Assembly: GCA_044222185.1 (NCBI GenBank)
Contig: JBGANV010000002.1
Span: 868,711 to 932,710, forward strand
Direction of reading: 5' to 3'
Source: Planctomycetota bacterium
GTDB lineage: Bacteria > Planctomycetota > GCA-002687715 > CAIWVZ01
Length of the DNA stretch: 64,000 nt
Below, piece by piece: positions 29,605 through 37,719 of the stretch. A program made the translations under genes and the position numbers. Below the pieces are notes generated by a model, which ran no database searches, was not told the DNA's origin, and saw only the letters and a list, made by a program, of their open reading frames with translations. Within the stretch, counting starts at the first letter, position 1, and each line of letters opens with the position of its first letter.

Positions 29605-30183
29605 ATGAAGTGCAGTCTTGCGCTCAGTCTCCTGGCTGTGGTGGTGTCGTTCTGCGGTTGCGCATCCGAGGGCGTCAGGCTCTCGGCCGTTGGCCCCGAC
29701 AATCAACTCTGGCCGCAGGCGCGGTATGCGCTCAACGCGGAAGGTGTGAAGGAGGCCTCCGTGATCGTGGAGGGTTGGGGGCGGTTCGACGATCGCGTGG
29801 ACGGTCGGTCGACCGACACCGTCCGTTTTCGACTGACGGTGGAGAACTCGTCAGAAGATGCAGTGGCGATTCCGCTCGATCGCCTGTCAGCCCAGGATGA
29901 TCTGGGGCACCGGTACATTCACGTGTCGGACTTCCTGCCCGGAGATCAGCATGCTCCCACGTTTCTCGTCCAGCCCGGGCAGCGGACGTCGTTCGAAAGC
30001 ACATTCGATACCGGCGCGCCGGGCAACCTGGACGTGACGGGTGCCATATCCCTCGCGTGGGGTTACAGCTACCGGGGGGCCGCCATCGATCACACCACGC
30101 GCTTCATACCGGTAAGGTATGTGTATCGCCCAGAGCCTGTCTATTTCGGCGTCGGGTTTGGCTATTGGCACCGCTGGCACTGA
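29605..30183 (+). CDS. Putative lipoprotein
   Basis: MKCSLALSLLAVVVSFCGC lipobox-like signal; TACAAT -10-like element upstream. Confidence 0.65.
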   Translation: MKCSLALSLLAVVVSFCGCASEGVRLSAVGPDNQLWPQARYALNAEGVKEASVIVEGWGRFDDRVDGRSTDTVRFRLTVENSSEDAVAIPLDRLSAQDDLGHRYIHVSDFLPGDQHAPTFLVQPGQRTSFESTFDTGAPGNLDVTGAISLAWGYSYRGAAIDHTTRFIPVRYVYRPEPVYFGVGFGYWHRWH

Positions 30184-30199
30184 GTTCCACTGATTCCCG

Positions 30200-30691
30200 A
30201 TGAAGCGCTGCAAGATCTGTCGTGCGAATGAGGCCGTAGTCCCCGAGGGCGAGCAATCGCGCTATTGCCAGCTGTGCTGGGAGTCGCGCCTCAAACAGCT
30301 CTATCAGGCCGAGGATCGTTTCCGCGCCCAGCGCAACATTCGCACCTCGGAGGCCGAGAAGTACTTCGTATTCCATGACACGATCAAGGAAGAAGACGGT
30401 CTCTGCGCCACGGTCTTTTGTCTCCACGACAGTCTCGCCGACCACCTCGACGTGTCGGCCTTTCTCCTTCCCGTGCTTCCATGGGACGAGCCCCTTCCCA
30501 TCATCTACCAGGATGGCGTCGAGACCGAGATCGACCAGCTCGACGTCTTCCTCGGCTTCCTCGAGGGCGACATCATTCGTTCCTGGCGAACCCGTTCCTG
30601 GACGGCCGAGATCACCCGCTGTACCGGCCAGCCCTTCTGGATCGATTCCCGCGAGCCTGATGCGGATCCCGAGGCCTCAGGATCCGACTGA
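30200..30691 (+). CDS. Hypothetical protein with N-terminal CxxC...CxxC zinc-binding motif
   Basis: CKIC...CQLC; codon usage like neighbouring genes. Confidence 0.65.
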   Translation: MKRCKICRANEAVVPEGEQSRYCQLCWESRLKQLYQAEDRFRAQRNIRTSEAEKYFVFHDTIKEEDGLCATVFCLHDSLADHLDVSAFLLPVLPWDEPLPIIYQDGVETEIDQLDVFLGFLEGDIIRSWRTRSWTAEITRCTGQPFWIDSREPDADPEASGSD

Positions 30692-30781
30692 TCCCCACCT
30701 TCGCCCCTCTGCGCCGGCCCGCAGACCCTTCGACCAGTCCCGTGCCCTCCGCGGACCCCGCGGGCCGCTCGCGTTCCTGGC

Positions 30782-30810
30782 TTGATCCAACCGCACTGCC
30801 CCCCTAAACT
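30782..30810 (+). promoter_or_regulatory. sigma70-like promoter of tRNA-Trp
   Basis: TTGATC-17 nt-TAAACT just upstream of the tRNA. Confidence 0.6.
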
Positions 30811-30838
30811 CGCCCACCCGCGAGTTCACCTCGCGTCT

Positions 30839-30911
30839 ACGCCAGTAGCTCAATTGGCAGAGCAGCTGATTCCAAATCAGCAGGTTGTGGGTTCGATTCC
30901 TACCTGGCGTG
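30839..30911 (+). tRNA. tRNA-Trp (CCA), 3' CCA not encoded
   Basis: Acceptor ACGCCAG/CTGGCGT, D arm GCTC/GAGC, anticodon arm GCTGA-TTCCAAA-TCAGC, T arm GTGGG-TTCGATT-CCTAC. Confidence 0.96.
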
Positions 30912-31096
30912 CTCTAATCTCTTGTGTACGTTAAGGGTTGCGGACGCCTCAGGTTCGGCTCACACTTCGCGCGGGAGATACTGGCGAGATGCTCGCTCGA
31001 TCGCGCGAAGAATCGCCGTCGATCAACGCACCTGGGGTAAGGCCAACCGCACCAAGGCCCTCGACAGGTTCCGACGCGGGATGCGTAGAGAACGGA

Positions 31097-31690
31097 ATGA
31101 AGTGTCACAACTGCGACAAGCTGGCGATGTGGCTCGTCGGGAAGCCGGCGAAGATTCCCCTCTGTCTCGATTGCTATGGCAAACTCGTGGCAATCCAGGA
31201 CCAAGAGCGCGCCGGGCTTGAGCGTCATCTCAATTACATTGCAGGAGAGATTGAGGCAAGCGTCGGTATGCCCGGTTTCATTCCAAGAATCCCTCCGCGA
31301 CCACCACGCACGCTCGTCCAAGGCACAACAGTGCTGAACCACATCAATGTCTCGAACAGCAACGTTGGAGTGCTCAATACCGGATCAATTGGTTCGATTG
31401 ACAGCGCCATTGGGATCATGATCGCAGAGGGCTCTGATGCGGCCGCCGGCGCATTTAAGGATCTAACCGAAGCGATTACGCAATGCGATGATATTCCCAT
31501 GTCGGACAAGAAGCGCGCGGTGGAGCTCATTAGCCTAATCGCAGCCGAAGGCGCGCTTCCAAAAGAGAAACGTCGATCGTTCGCGATCAAACCGCTGTTG
31601 CTGGATCTTTCTTCGCTCTTGAGCGGCGCTGTGAGCATGTGTGAGCTGTGGAGCCGAGTGGGTCCATCCATCACCGGGCTTTTTACTTAA
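31097..31690 (+). CDS. Hypothetical protein with N-terminal CxxC/CxxC motif
   Basis: MKCHNC...LCLDC; helical C-terminus; lower-GC cargo. Confidence 0.65.
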   Translation: MKCHNCDKLAMWLVGKPAKIPLCLDCYGKLVAIQDQERAGLERHLNYIAGEIEASVGMPGFIPRIPPRPPRTLVQGTTVLNHINVSNSNVGVLNTGSIGSIDSAIGIMIAEGSDAAAGAFKDLTEAITQCDDIPMSDKKRAVELISLIAAEGALPKEKRRSFAIKPLLLDLSSLLSGAVSMCELWSRVGPSITGLFT

Positions 31691-31938
31691 GTCGGGTGAT
31701 GTGGTTGCCGGCGGCGCGGGCGGAGGCACTCAGCGGCGTAATTGGCAGTAATGAATGCCGATTGCGTTCAGCGTGAAATGTTGACTCGTCGGCCTGCGCG
31801 AGAAGTGGGCGGGCGCGGCGAGATCTGACGGTCACCGGCCCCAATGCAATAGTCGTCCTCGGCGTTCACGGCACAAGACTCTGCCGCCTACCACTGGCTT
31901 GAAAGTAGCTCGGGCCGGTCGGAGAGTCGAAGAGCGCG

Positions 31939-32619
31939 TCAAGCAAGAAAATGCTGACGTCTGTCAATTGCGGTTAGGAATTTCGGCGGTACCGGGTCCG
32001 CACGATCACGAATGCACTCGCATATGGTGTGCGAGTCAGTGCGTAGAACGAGCGACCGCCATTTGTTGGGATAGGCCTGTCGGACAACAAGAAGTCCGAA
32101 CGACAGCGGCGTCATTAGACGCTCGGTTGCCACACGGATCTCGCTATTATGCCCAAAGTGGATATGTGCAGCAGGATGGACGCCAGCCTCGTAAGCGTTT
32201 GGACTGTGATCGTACCGAATTGGAGTAATCGACTCCTTCTGAGGGCACTGAGAAACATGTTCCTGGTACTCGTTCCAATATGCGTCGCGGACGGCATCAA
32301 ATGTCGTGTCGAGAGTCTCGGCCAGGAAGCGCTCATAAGTAGGCGCGTCGATGGGGGACTCGTAATAGCAGTATGTGGCCCCGTCCGATGCGCTTGAACT
32401 CGGTCTAAATAAGAGGAGGGACAAGTCGACGAGGCAGAAGTGAAATAGACGGTTATCTAAGTAATACTTCCACTCCTCGCGATAGCTCTTGCCACGAACC
32501 GTCCGAGGAAGATCACTCGGGTAAGCCACGCGCTCGGTTGCATCAAGTATTAGGTCAAGCGGTTTCAGTACGGCGTCCCGCAGCGTGGCGAGCTGTGTAG
32601 CAAACCGCCCAGGTTTCAT
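31939..32619 (-). CDS. DUF2290 family protein (Helicase-DUF2290 anti-phage system)
   Basis: IRYD...HPAAHIHFG...R signature; ATGA-coupled downstream of an SF1 helicase. Confidence 0.78.
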   Translation of the reverse strand: MKPGRFATQLATLRDAVLKPLDLILDATERVAYPSDLPRTVRGKSYREEWKYYLDNRLFHFCLVDLSLLLFRPSSSASDGATYCYYESPIDAPTYERFLAETLDTTFDAVRDAYWNEYQEHVSQCPQKESITPIRYDHSPNAYEAGVHPAAHIHFGHNSEIRVATERLMTPLSFGLLVVRQAYPNKWRSLVLRTDSHTICECIRDRADPVPPKFLTAIDRRQHFLA

Positions 32620-34733
32620 CGACGCTTCCTCCGGCTTCCGCTACCAGTTGAGCGCTTCACACGAGTGAGACGCGCCTCAATCTCTTCAGGCGTAAGTTCG
32701 GCCATGACCTCGTCAAGCATATGCTCGGCCCGCATTCGACGGCTCTGGCTGTCCACGAGTTCGCGCTGCATGATCTTGAGGTGTTCTTCGCTTGGATAAA
32801 TGAATGAAAGGCGAGGTAAGTGCGACTTGGCTTGTTCGATTTCTGTGCGACACTCTGCCGCCTGTGCCCCCGAGCCGACTACGCGCAGCCACCCCTTTGC
32901 GCGAGTCATCGCCGTAAAGAGCATGTTTCGCTCGCGAACCGTGGGGCGCGGATAAAGGGCCTGCACACTCATCACGTATGCCGCAAAAGCTTCATTGCCC
33001 TTCGCTTTGTGTACCGTAGTGAGTGTTACGTGCTCGTCTTGGCTGAACTCATATTCTCCGAATCCAGCCATGTGAATATTATTGAAGCGAATTCCATGCT
33101 TGCAGAGCATGCTTCCGACGACGGTGAGGTCCGTCTTCGCGTTGCGATCATCCACCGTTATGATCATGATGTCGTCGGCGCGGAGTCCGTCGGATAGATC
33201 GGATCGAATGGACTCGATAATCCACCGCACCTCCTCATTGAAATCGGACGCGACATGAACCTTAACGATGTCATCGACAGGGCTGGCGTTTGATATTGAG
33301 GTAAGCGAATTCTCGCGGGGCCGCTCGACGACAGTCGCAGATCCGGTCACGAAATCGCCCTCTACGACATGATAACCGATGTCTTCCCAATGCTCTCTGT
33401 TCTCCAGCATCTGAACAATCCTGTGTCCGTAAATGCCGAACCCGATGGCGTGCGCGCATACAAGCGCCTCGAGTGGATTACGGTAGCACTTTCGTAGGAC
33501 CGTGTCCCGTTCGAATTCGAGAAGTGCGGTGCCGTCGGCATTTACGCCGAATATTTCAGCTGCAGTCGGGACGCGTGATTGCCAGATGGTCTGCAGTTCA
33601 TCGTAGGCGAGGACGAACTTGTCTTCGCGGCACAGCTGCCGACACAATTGGATAAATGGCGCAGTGAAGTCCTGGCCTTCGTCAATAAGGACATAATCAT
33701 AAATGGGCGTGAGCGTGCCTCTGCCCATAAGGTCGAGGCAGGCCGCCTCGAATGGCTTATCTCGGCTGCGGCGCGAAGCGTCAGCATACGTGAGGGGCGG
33801 AACGTCGAGCGATTTGCACGCGACGTAATACACTCCTGGCCAATTCGCCCCTCCCCACGAGTGCATAACGTGAAGTCGATCCCAGTCCGGATCATGATCG
33901 TCATACTGTCGGTAAAACCGCGTAATTAGTCGGCGGACGTGCTGATATAAGCTCTTGGTGTGAAACGTGTAGAGTATCTTGGCATCGGGATAGCGAAGGT
34001 GCGTGAGCGCGGCCTTCATGGCGAGGACGATGGTCTTTCCGGAACCAGCCAGACCCCTGATGCGCTGAGGACCATCAAACGACGTTAGGTACCCTTCCTT
34101 CTGCTGACGGTCGAAGTTGCATATCTCGGATTCGAGGGCCTGTGCTTGGCTTCCGCGCGAAGCCGGGTTGAGTCCGGGAATGTTGCGCGGTTTTGGTTTC
34201 ATCAACCCTTTCGCGCCTTCGAGAGTCGATTGTATTTCCGCAAGGGCTTCATCGGAAAGCGGTGGACCGGCCAGCTCGGACAGAAACGAGTCCAAGTCGC
34301 TATCCGTTGCGAGAAGTTTGGTCTCAGATGGCCAAGTGAGCGCGGTCATGCGGAGTGCTGGCGCAAAGATCGCGGCATTAAGAGCGAATATGAGGTCCTG
34401 CTTCCCACGCCTAAGGCGGCGATTCTTCAGCATTCGAGCAAAGACGTGGCTGTAGACCTGCTCTAAGGAGGCATCCTCTGATAACAACTGATTGACGTCT
34501 GTCGGTCGCGTCGCTGCGCTTGTCCCGAAAATAAGTAATCCGTGCGTTCGCGTGAGCAGTAACACCTTGGATCGTATCACCCCATTCCCGTCGTCGTCTC
34601 GATATAGCGGGTAATCGAAGTATACGGAGCCGTCAAGGGCAGTCCGATCAGCAACGTCGCGGATGGAATCCAACAACGCTTGCGAGCTCGGGTCCAACGT
34701 CGGGCTGGTTGCGATGTTCTGCTCAAGGGGCAT
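32616..34733 (-). CDS. SF1 (UvrD-like) helicase, partner of DUF2290
   Basis: GLAGSGKT, LIDEGQDF, YDELQ, CYRN, TVHKAKGNE, LFTAMTRAK; ATG 34733 with GGAG RBS. Confidence 0.88.
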   Translation of the reverse strand: MPLEQNIATSPTLDPSSQALLDSIRDVADRTALDGSVYFDYPLYRDDDGNGVIRSKVLLLTRTHGLLIFGTSAATRPTDVNQLLSEDASLEQVYSHVFARMLKNRRLRRGKQDLIFALNAAIFAPALRMTALTWPSETKLLATDSDLDSFLSELAGPPLSDEALAEIQSTLEGAKGLMKPKPRNIPGLNPASRGSQAQALESEICNFDRQQKEGYLTSFDGPQRIRGLAGSGKTIVLAMKAALTHLRYPDAKILYTFHTKSLYQHVRRLITRFYRQYDDHDPDWDRLHVMHSWGGANWPGVYYVACKSLDVPPLTYADASRRSRDKPFEAACLDLMGRGTLTPIYDYVLIDEGQDFTAPFIQLCRQLCREDKFVLAYDELQTIWQSRVPTAAEIFGVNADGTALLEFERDTVLRKCYRNPLEALVCAHAIGFGIYGHRIVQMLENREHWEDIGYHVVEGDFVTGSATVVERPRENSLTSISNASPVDDIVKVHVASDFNEEVRWIIESIRSDLSDGLRADDIMIITVDDRNAKTDLTVVGSMLCKHGIRFNNIHMAGFGEYEFSQDEHVTLTTVHKAKGNEAFAAYVMSVQALYPRPTVRERNMLFTAMTRAKGWLRVVGSGAQAAECRTEIEQAKSHLPRLSFIYPSEEHLKIMQRELVDSQSRRMRAEHMLDEVMAELTPEEIEARLTRVKRSTGSGSRRKRR

Positions 34734-34872
34734 CGAAGCTCCGTTCGGTGGCTCCCATGATAGCGCGCTTCCAAGCGAGGCGGTCGCCCAGAGTCTGCAT
34801 GACTCGACCTCAAGAGCGGACGGGGATGAGGACACGCGCGTCAGCGAGAGCGTTTCTTGTCACAAATCAGAC

Positions 34873-36090
34873 TTAACCGAGTCGGGGCATCCTCGCGACC
34901 GCGGCCTTCGCATCCGCGATCTGGGCGTCGGCGTAGTGCTTCATGGTCAGCCTCGGGTCCCGGTGCCCGAGGATCTGCGCGACCGTCGCCAGGTTGACGT
35001 TGTGCCGAAGCATCCGGGTCGCCGCGGTCCCGCGGAGCGCGTGGATGTCGAGCGAGCGGCCCTGGGCGTCCTCCCGCGCGATGCAGGTGCGGGCGAGAAC
35101 CTCGTCGAACAGGAACAGCGCCGTCTTGTTCGAAAGCTCGCATCCCTTCGGCGACAGGAAGACGCGGTCGTCGGCCGACGGGACGCGCCCGAGGATCACG
35201 GCGTGCTCCTCGCGTAGCCGCCGCAGGTCGGTGACGACCTCCTCGGGGACGGGGATGTACCGCGACCGCTTCCCCTTCGCGACGTCGGCGCGAACCGTGG
35301 CGACGCCCGCCTTCTCGTCGAAGTCGGCCCAGCGGAGCGTCGCGGCCTCCGAGAACCTGCAGCCGGTCGAGATCACGAACCGCCAGAACGCGAACATCGG
35401 GATCGGCCGCCGCCGCTCGCGGTCCGCGTATGGCCGGCCCTTCGTGCCGCCCTGGATCGTCTTCTCCGCCGCGTAGAACCGCGCGCGTTCCTCGTCGGCG
35501 GCCGTCGCGGCGGTCAGGAACATCACGATCTCGTCCTCCGTGAGCGCGCGGCGCTTCTTCCTCAGGTCGCGCTCCGTCGCCCGGACGGGGACGACGTTGG
35601 CGATCGGGTTCACGGCGATCATGCCGCTCCGCGCCGCCCACGTGAGCGCCGTCTTCATCGCGGCGACCTCGGCGTTCGCGGTGCGGAGGCTGGAACCGGA
35701 GGAGATGCGCCGCCGTCGCCGGTCCTGGACCATCTGCGGCGTGATGTCGCGGACCGCGCGGTCGCCGAAATCCTCCATCAGCATCGAGAGCTGGCCCTCG
35801 ACAGCCGTCGTGTACTTCGCCGAGCGGAACGTCCGCAACTCGTCGAGGTAGGCCGGGATGATCTTCGAGAGCGGCGTACCTTGGCCTTCCTCGTGAGCCA
35901 GGCCGGCCACGATCAGGTCCCTCTTCTTCACGATGTCGGCCAGGATTCGCTCCGCCGATCGCTGGTCGAGCGCCAGGATCTTCCGGTGTCGACGGCTTGC
36001 GGCGTCGGTCCAGATGCCCTGCCACGCCGTCTTGCCGCCCCCGATGACGATGCGCTCGAGTCGGCCACATCCGTAGGTGCGTTGTGTCAT
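34873..36090 (-). CDS. Tyrosine integrase
   Basis: TGCRFSE (R), AKGK (K), HALR, LGH, HY catalytic residues; GGAGG RBS before ATG 36090. Confidence 0.92.
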   Translation of the reverse strand: MTQRTYGCGRLERIVIGGGKTAWQGIWTDAASRRHRKILALDQRSAERILADIVKKRDLIVAGLAHEEGQGTPLSKIIPAYLDELRTFRSAKYTTAVEGQLSMLMEDFGDRAVRDITPQMVQDRRRRRISSGSSLRTANAEVAAMKTALTWAARSGMIAVNPIANVVPVRATERDLRKKRRALTEDEIVMFLTAATAADEERARFYAAEKTIQGGTKGRPYADRERRRPIPMFAFWRFVISTGCRFSEAATLRWADFDEKAGVATVRADVAKGKRSRYIPVPEEVVTDLRRLREEHAVILGRVPSADDRVFLSPKGCELSNKTALFLFDEVLARTCIAREDAQGRSLDIHALRGTAATRMLRHNVNLATVAQILGHRDPRLTMKHYADAQIADAKAAVARMPRLG

Positions 36091-36151
36091 GGTGTCGTGC
36101 CTCCGTTCGCCACACAGGAGCCAGCAACTGACGATCGATCCAAGGTCTTTC

Positions 36152-36589
36152 TCAAGGGCACGGAGGAGCGGCGATCGCGGGCGCGGGTTGGTCCCACAGA
36201 ATCGGGAGGACGCGGATCGGGTCGCAGCCTGACCACGCGGAGCGAAGCGCGGCGCCGGTGGCCGCTTCGTCGGCGGCGTGATCCACGCAACGACCGAACG
36301 CGGTGAATCCACCACGCGAGGGCGGCGGTGGAAGGCGATGGTCGGCGAAGTCGTGGTGACGGTAGATGCTCACCATCGCGATGGGCTTTCCGCAGACCAC
36401 GCAGCCCGGCGACCTGATGCTCGCCGTCGCGGCGTCGCGAAGTGTCTGGCAGAACTCGTCACGCTCGGCGATCAACGCATCCTCAGTTCCGTCGGGCACG
36501 CCTTCCCAAGAACACCGCGTGCATCGGTAGCCTCCACGATGGGTCGGGCGGCAGTGAGAGAAACACGCGGGACAAGTCACGTCGTTCAT
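36152..36589 (-). CDS. Hypothetical Cys-rich (zinc-finger-like) protein
   Basis: CPAC, CTRC, CVVC motifs; ATGA overlap with upstream gene. Confidence 0.55.
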   Translation of the reverse strand: MNDVTCPACFSHCRPTHRGGYRCTRCSWEGVPDGTEDALIAERDEFCQTLRDAATASIRSPGCVVCGKPIAMVSIYRHHDFADHRLPPPPSRGGFTAFGRCVDHAADEAATGAALRSAWSGCDPIRVLPILWDQPAPAIAAPPCP

Positions 36590-36963
36590 GGCATAGCCTC
36601 CGAATCAAGAATCACAGGGGTAGAAACTGGTCTCTTTCGCTGGCCCGCGCCCCAACGCCGATCCCGCTGTGCCACGGCCGGCCCGCCCGACGCGAGCCAC
36701 TTCTCGATCGTCTCCCGTGGCCAGAACATCACGCGCTCCGAGAGCTTCATCGGGGCGGGGATGAGTCCCGCGTTCACGAACCGCCGCACCGATCTCTCGT
36801 CGATGTCAAGCATGGCGGCGAGCTGTGCGAGCGTGACGGTGGGGGCGGCCCGCGGCGCACGGAGTTCGCGACGGAGTTCGGCGATCTCTGCGACGAGCGG
36901 CGCAACCGCGGCGGACACGATCCTGGCGAGCGACTCCTCGTCGAGAACGGCGACGGGGGTCAC
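36586..36963 (-). CDS. AlpA/excisionase-like HTH protein
   Basis: TLAQLAAMLDIDERSVRRFVNAGLIPAPMKLSERVMFWPRETIEKWL; GTGA overlap. Confidence 0.8.
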   Translation of the reverse strand: MTPVAVLDEESLARIVSAAVAPLVAEIAELRRELRAPRAAPTVTLAQLAAMLDIDERSVRRFVNAGLIPAPMKLSERVMFWPRETIEKWLASGGPAVAQRDRRWGAGQRKRPVSTPVILDSEAMP

Positions 36964-37265
36964 TTGCACGCCTCCCGGTACGCCCGGTCCACCCGCGCCT
37001 CGATTGCGAGCTTCATCTGGGGGTCGATCGGCAGGGCGAAGGGGTAGTACCCGCCGTTCCGGCTCCTGCGGCGCGGCCATGCCAGGTAGAGCTGACCACC
37101 CTCGTCGCGACGGACGCTGAGGCCGTCGAGCAGGAAGCCTCCCACGAGCACGCGGACATGGGCGAGGAGACCGGCGGCGCGGTCCGCATCCGACGCGATC
37201 GTGACGGCGACGTCGTCGACGGTGACCGAGACCGGGACGGCGCACCTGGGGCAGCGGGTGGTCAT
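36960..37265 (-). CDS. SpoVG-like nucleic-acid-binding protein
   Basis: GLLAHVRVLV..FLLDGLSVRR...LYLAWPRR...YYPFALPI...IE..V..AY pattern. Confidence 0.7.
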   Translation of the reverse strand: MTTRCPRCAVPVSVTVDDVAVTIASDADRAAGLLAHVRVLVGGFLLDGLSVRRDEGGQLYLAWPRRRSRNGGYYPFALPIDPQMKLAIEARVDRAYREACK

Positions 37266-37384
37266 GGAGGACCCTCCGCCTCCGCCGGGAACGTGGCGCC
37301 ACACCACCGGCAGACCCAGCAGTCGCCGAGGCGGACGAGCCTTCCGTCGCAACCGTCCGTCGGGCAGATGACGAAGATGCTCAT
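37262..37384 (-). CDS. 40-aa zinc-ribbon microprotein
   Basis: MSIFVICPTDGCDGRLVRLGDCWVCRWCGATFPAEAEGPP; ATGA overlaps at both ends. Confidence 0.65.
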   Translation of the reverse strand: MSIFVICPTDGCDGRLVRLGDCWVCRWCGATFPAEAEGPP

Positions 37385-37719
37385 CGTCCCTCCCGCTTGA
37401 GCCACGCGTCGAAGACGAAGAGCTGCTCCCAGCTCGGCAGGTCGGTCGGGAAGTCGCAGCCCGTGACGGCGCGGAACGTCTCGAGGTACCCGGCGAGGCC
37501 GTGGCGGCGGCCGAGGTCGATGAAGTTCGGGCGCTTCTGGCCGTCGGGCAGCCAGGCGGTCTCGACGAGCGGGATGATTGCCGCCTTGTGGCGCACGAGT
37601 TCGGCTCGGATGTCGGCCGAGACGACCCCCTCGGGCGCCCAGAACTCGAGCGACACTCCCGAGACTGACAGCACGACGCCGCGGTGTCGGAGCTGCTTGA
37701 GAAGCGTGGGAGGCGTCAT
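37381..37719 (-). CDS. Hypothetical protein with TubC N-terminal docking-domain-like fold
   Basis: LLKQLRHRGVVLSV.G..LEFWAPEGVV...IRAEL.RHK..II pattern. Confidence 0.6.
   Translation of the reverse strand: MTPPTLLKQLRHRGVVLSVSGVSLEFWAPEGVVSADIRAELVRHKAAIIPLVETAWLPDGQKRPNFIDLGRRHGLAGYLETFRAVTGCDFPTDLPSWEQLFVFDAWLKREGR

Noticed and set aside
30890-30915. attR duplicate of the tRNA-Trp 3' end
   Set aside because: No second copy found by eye within the window; the island boundary remains undetermined
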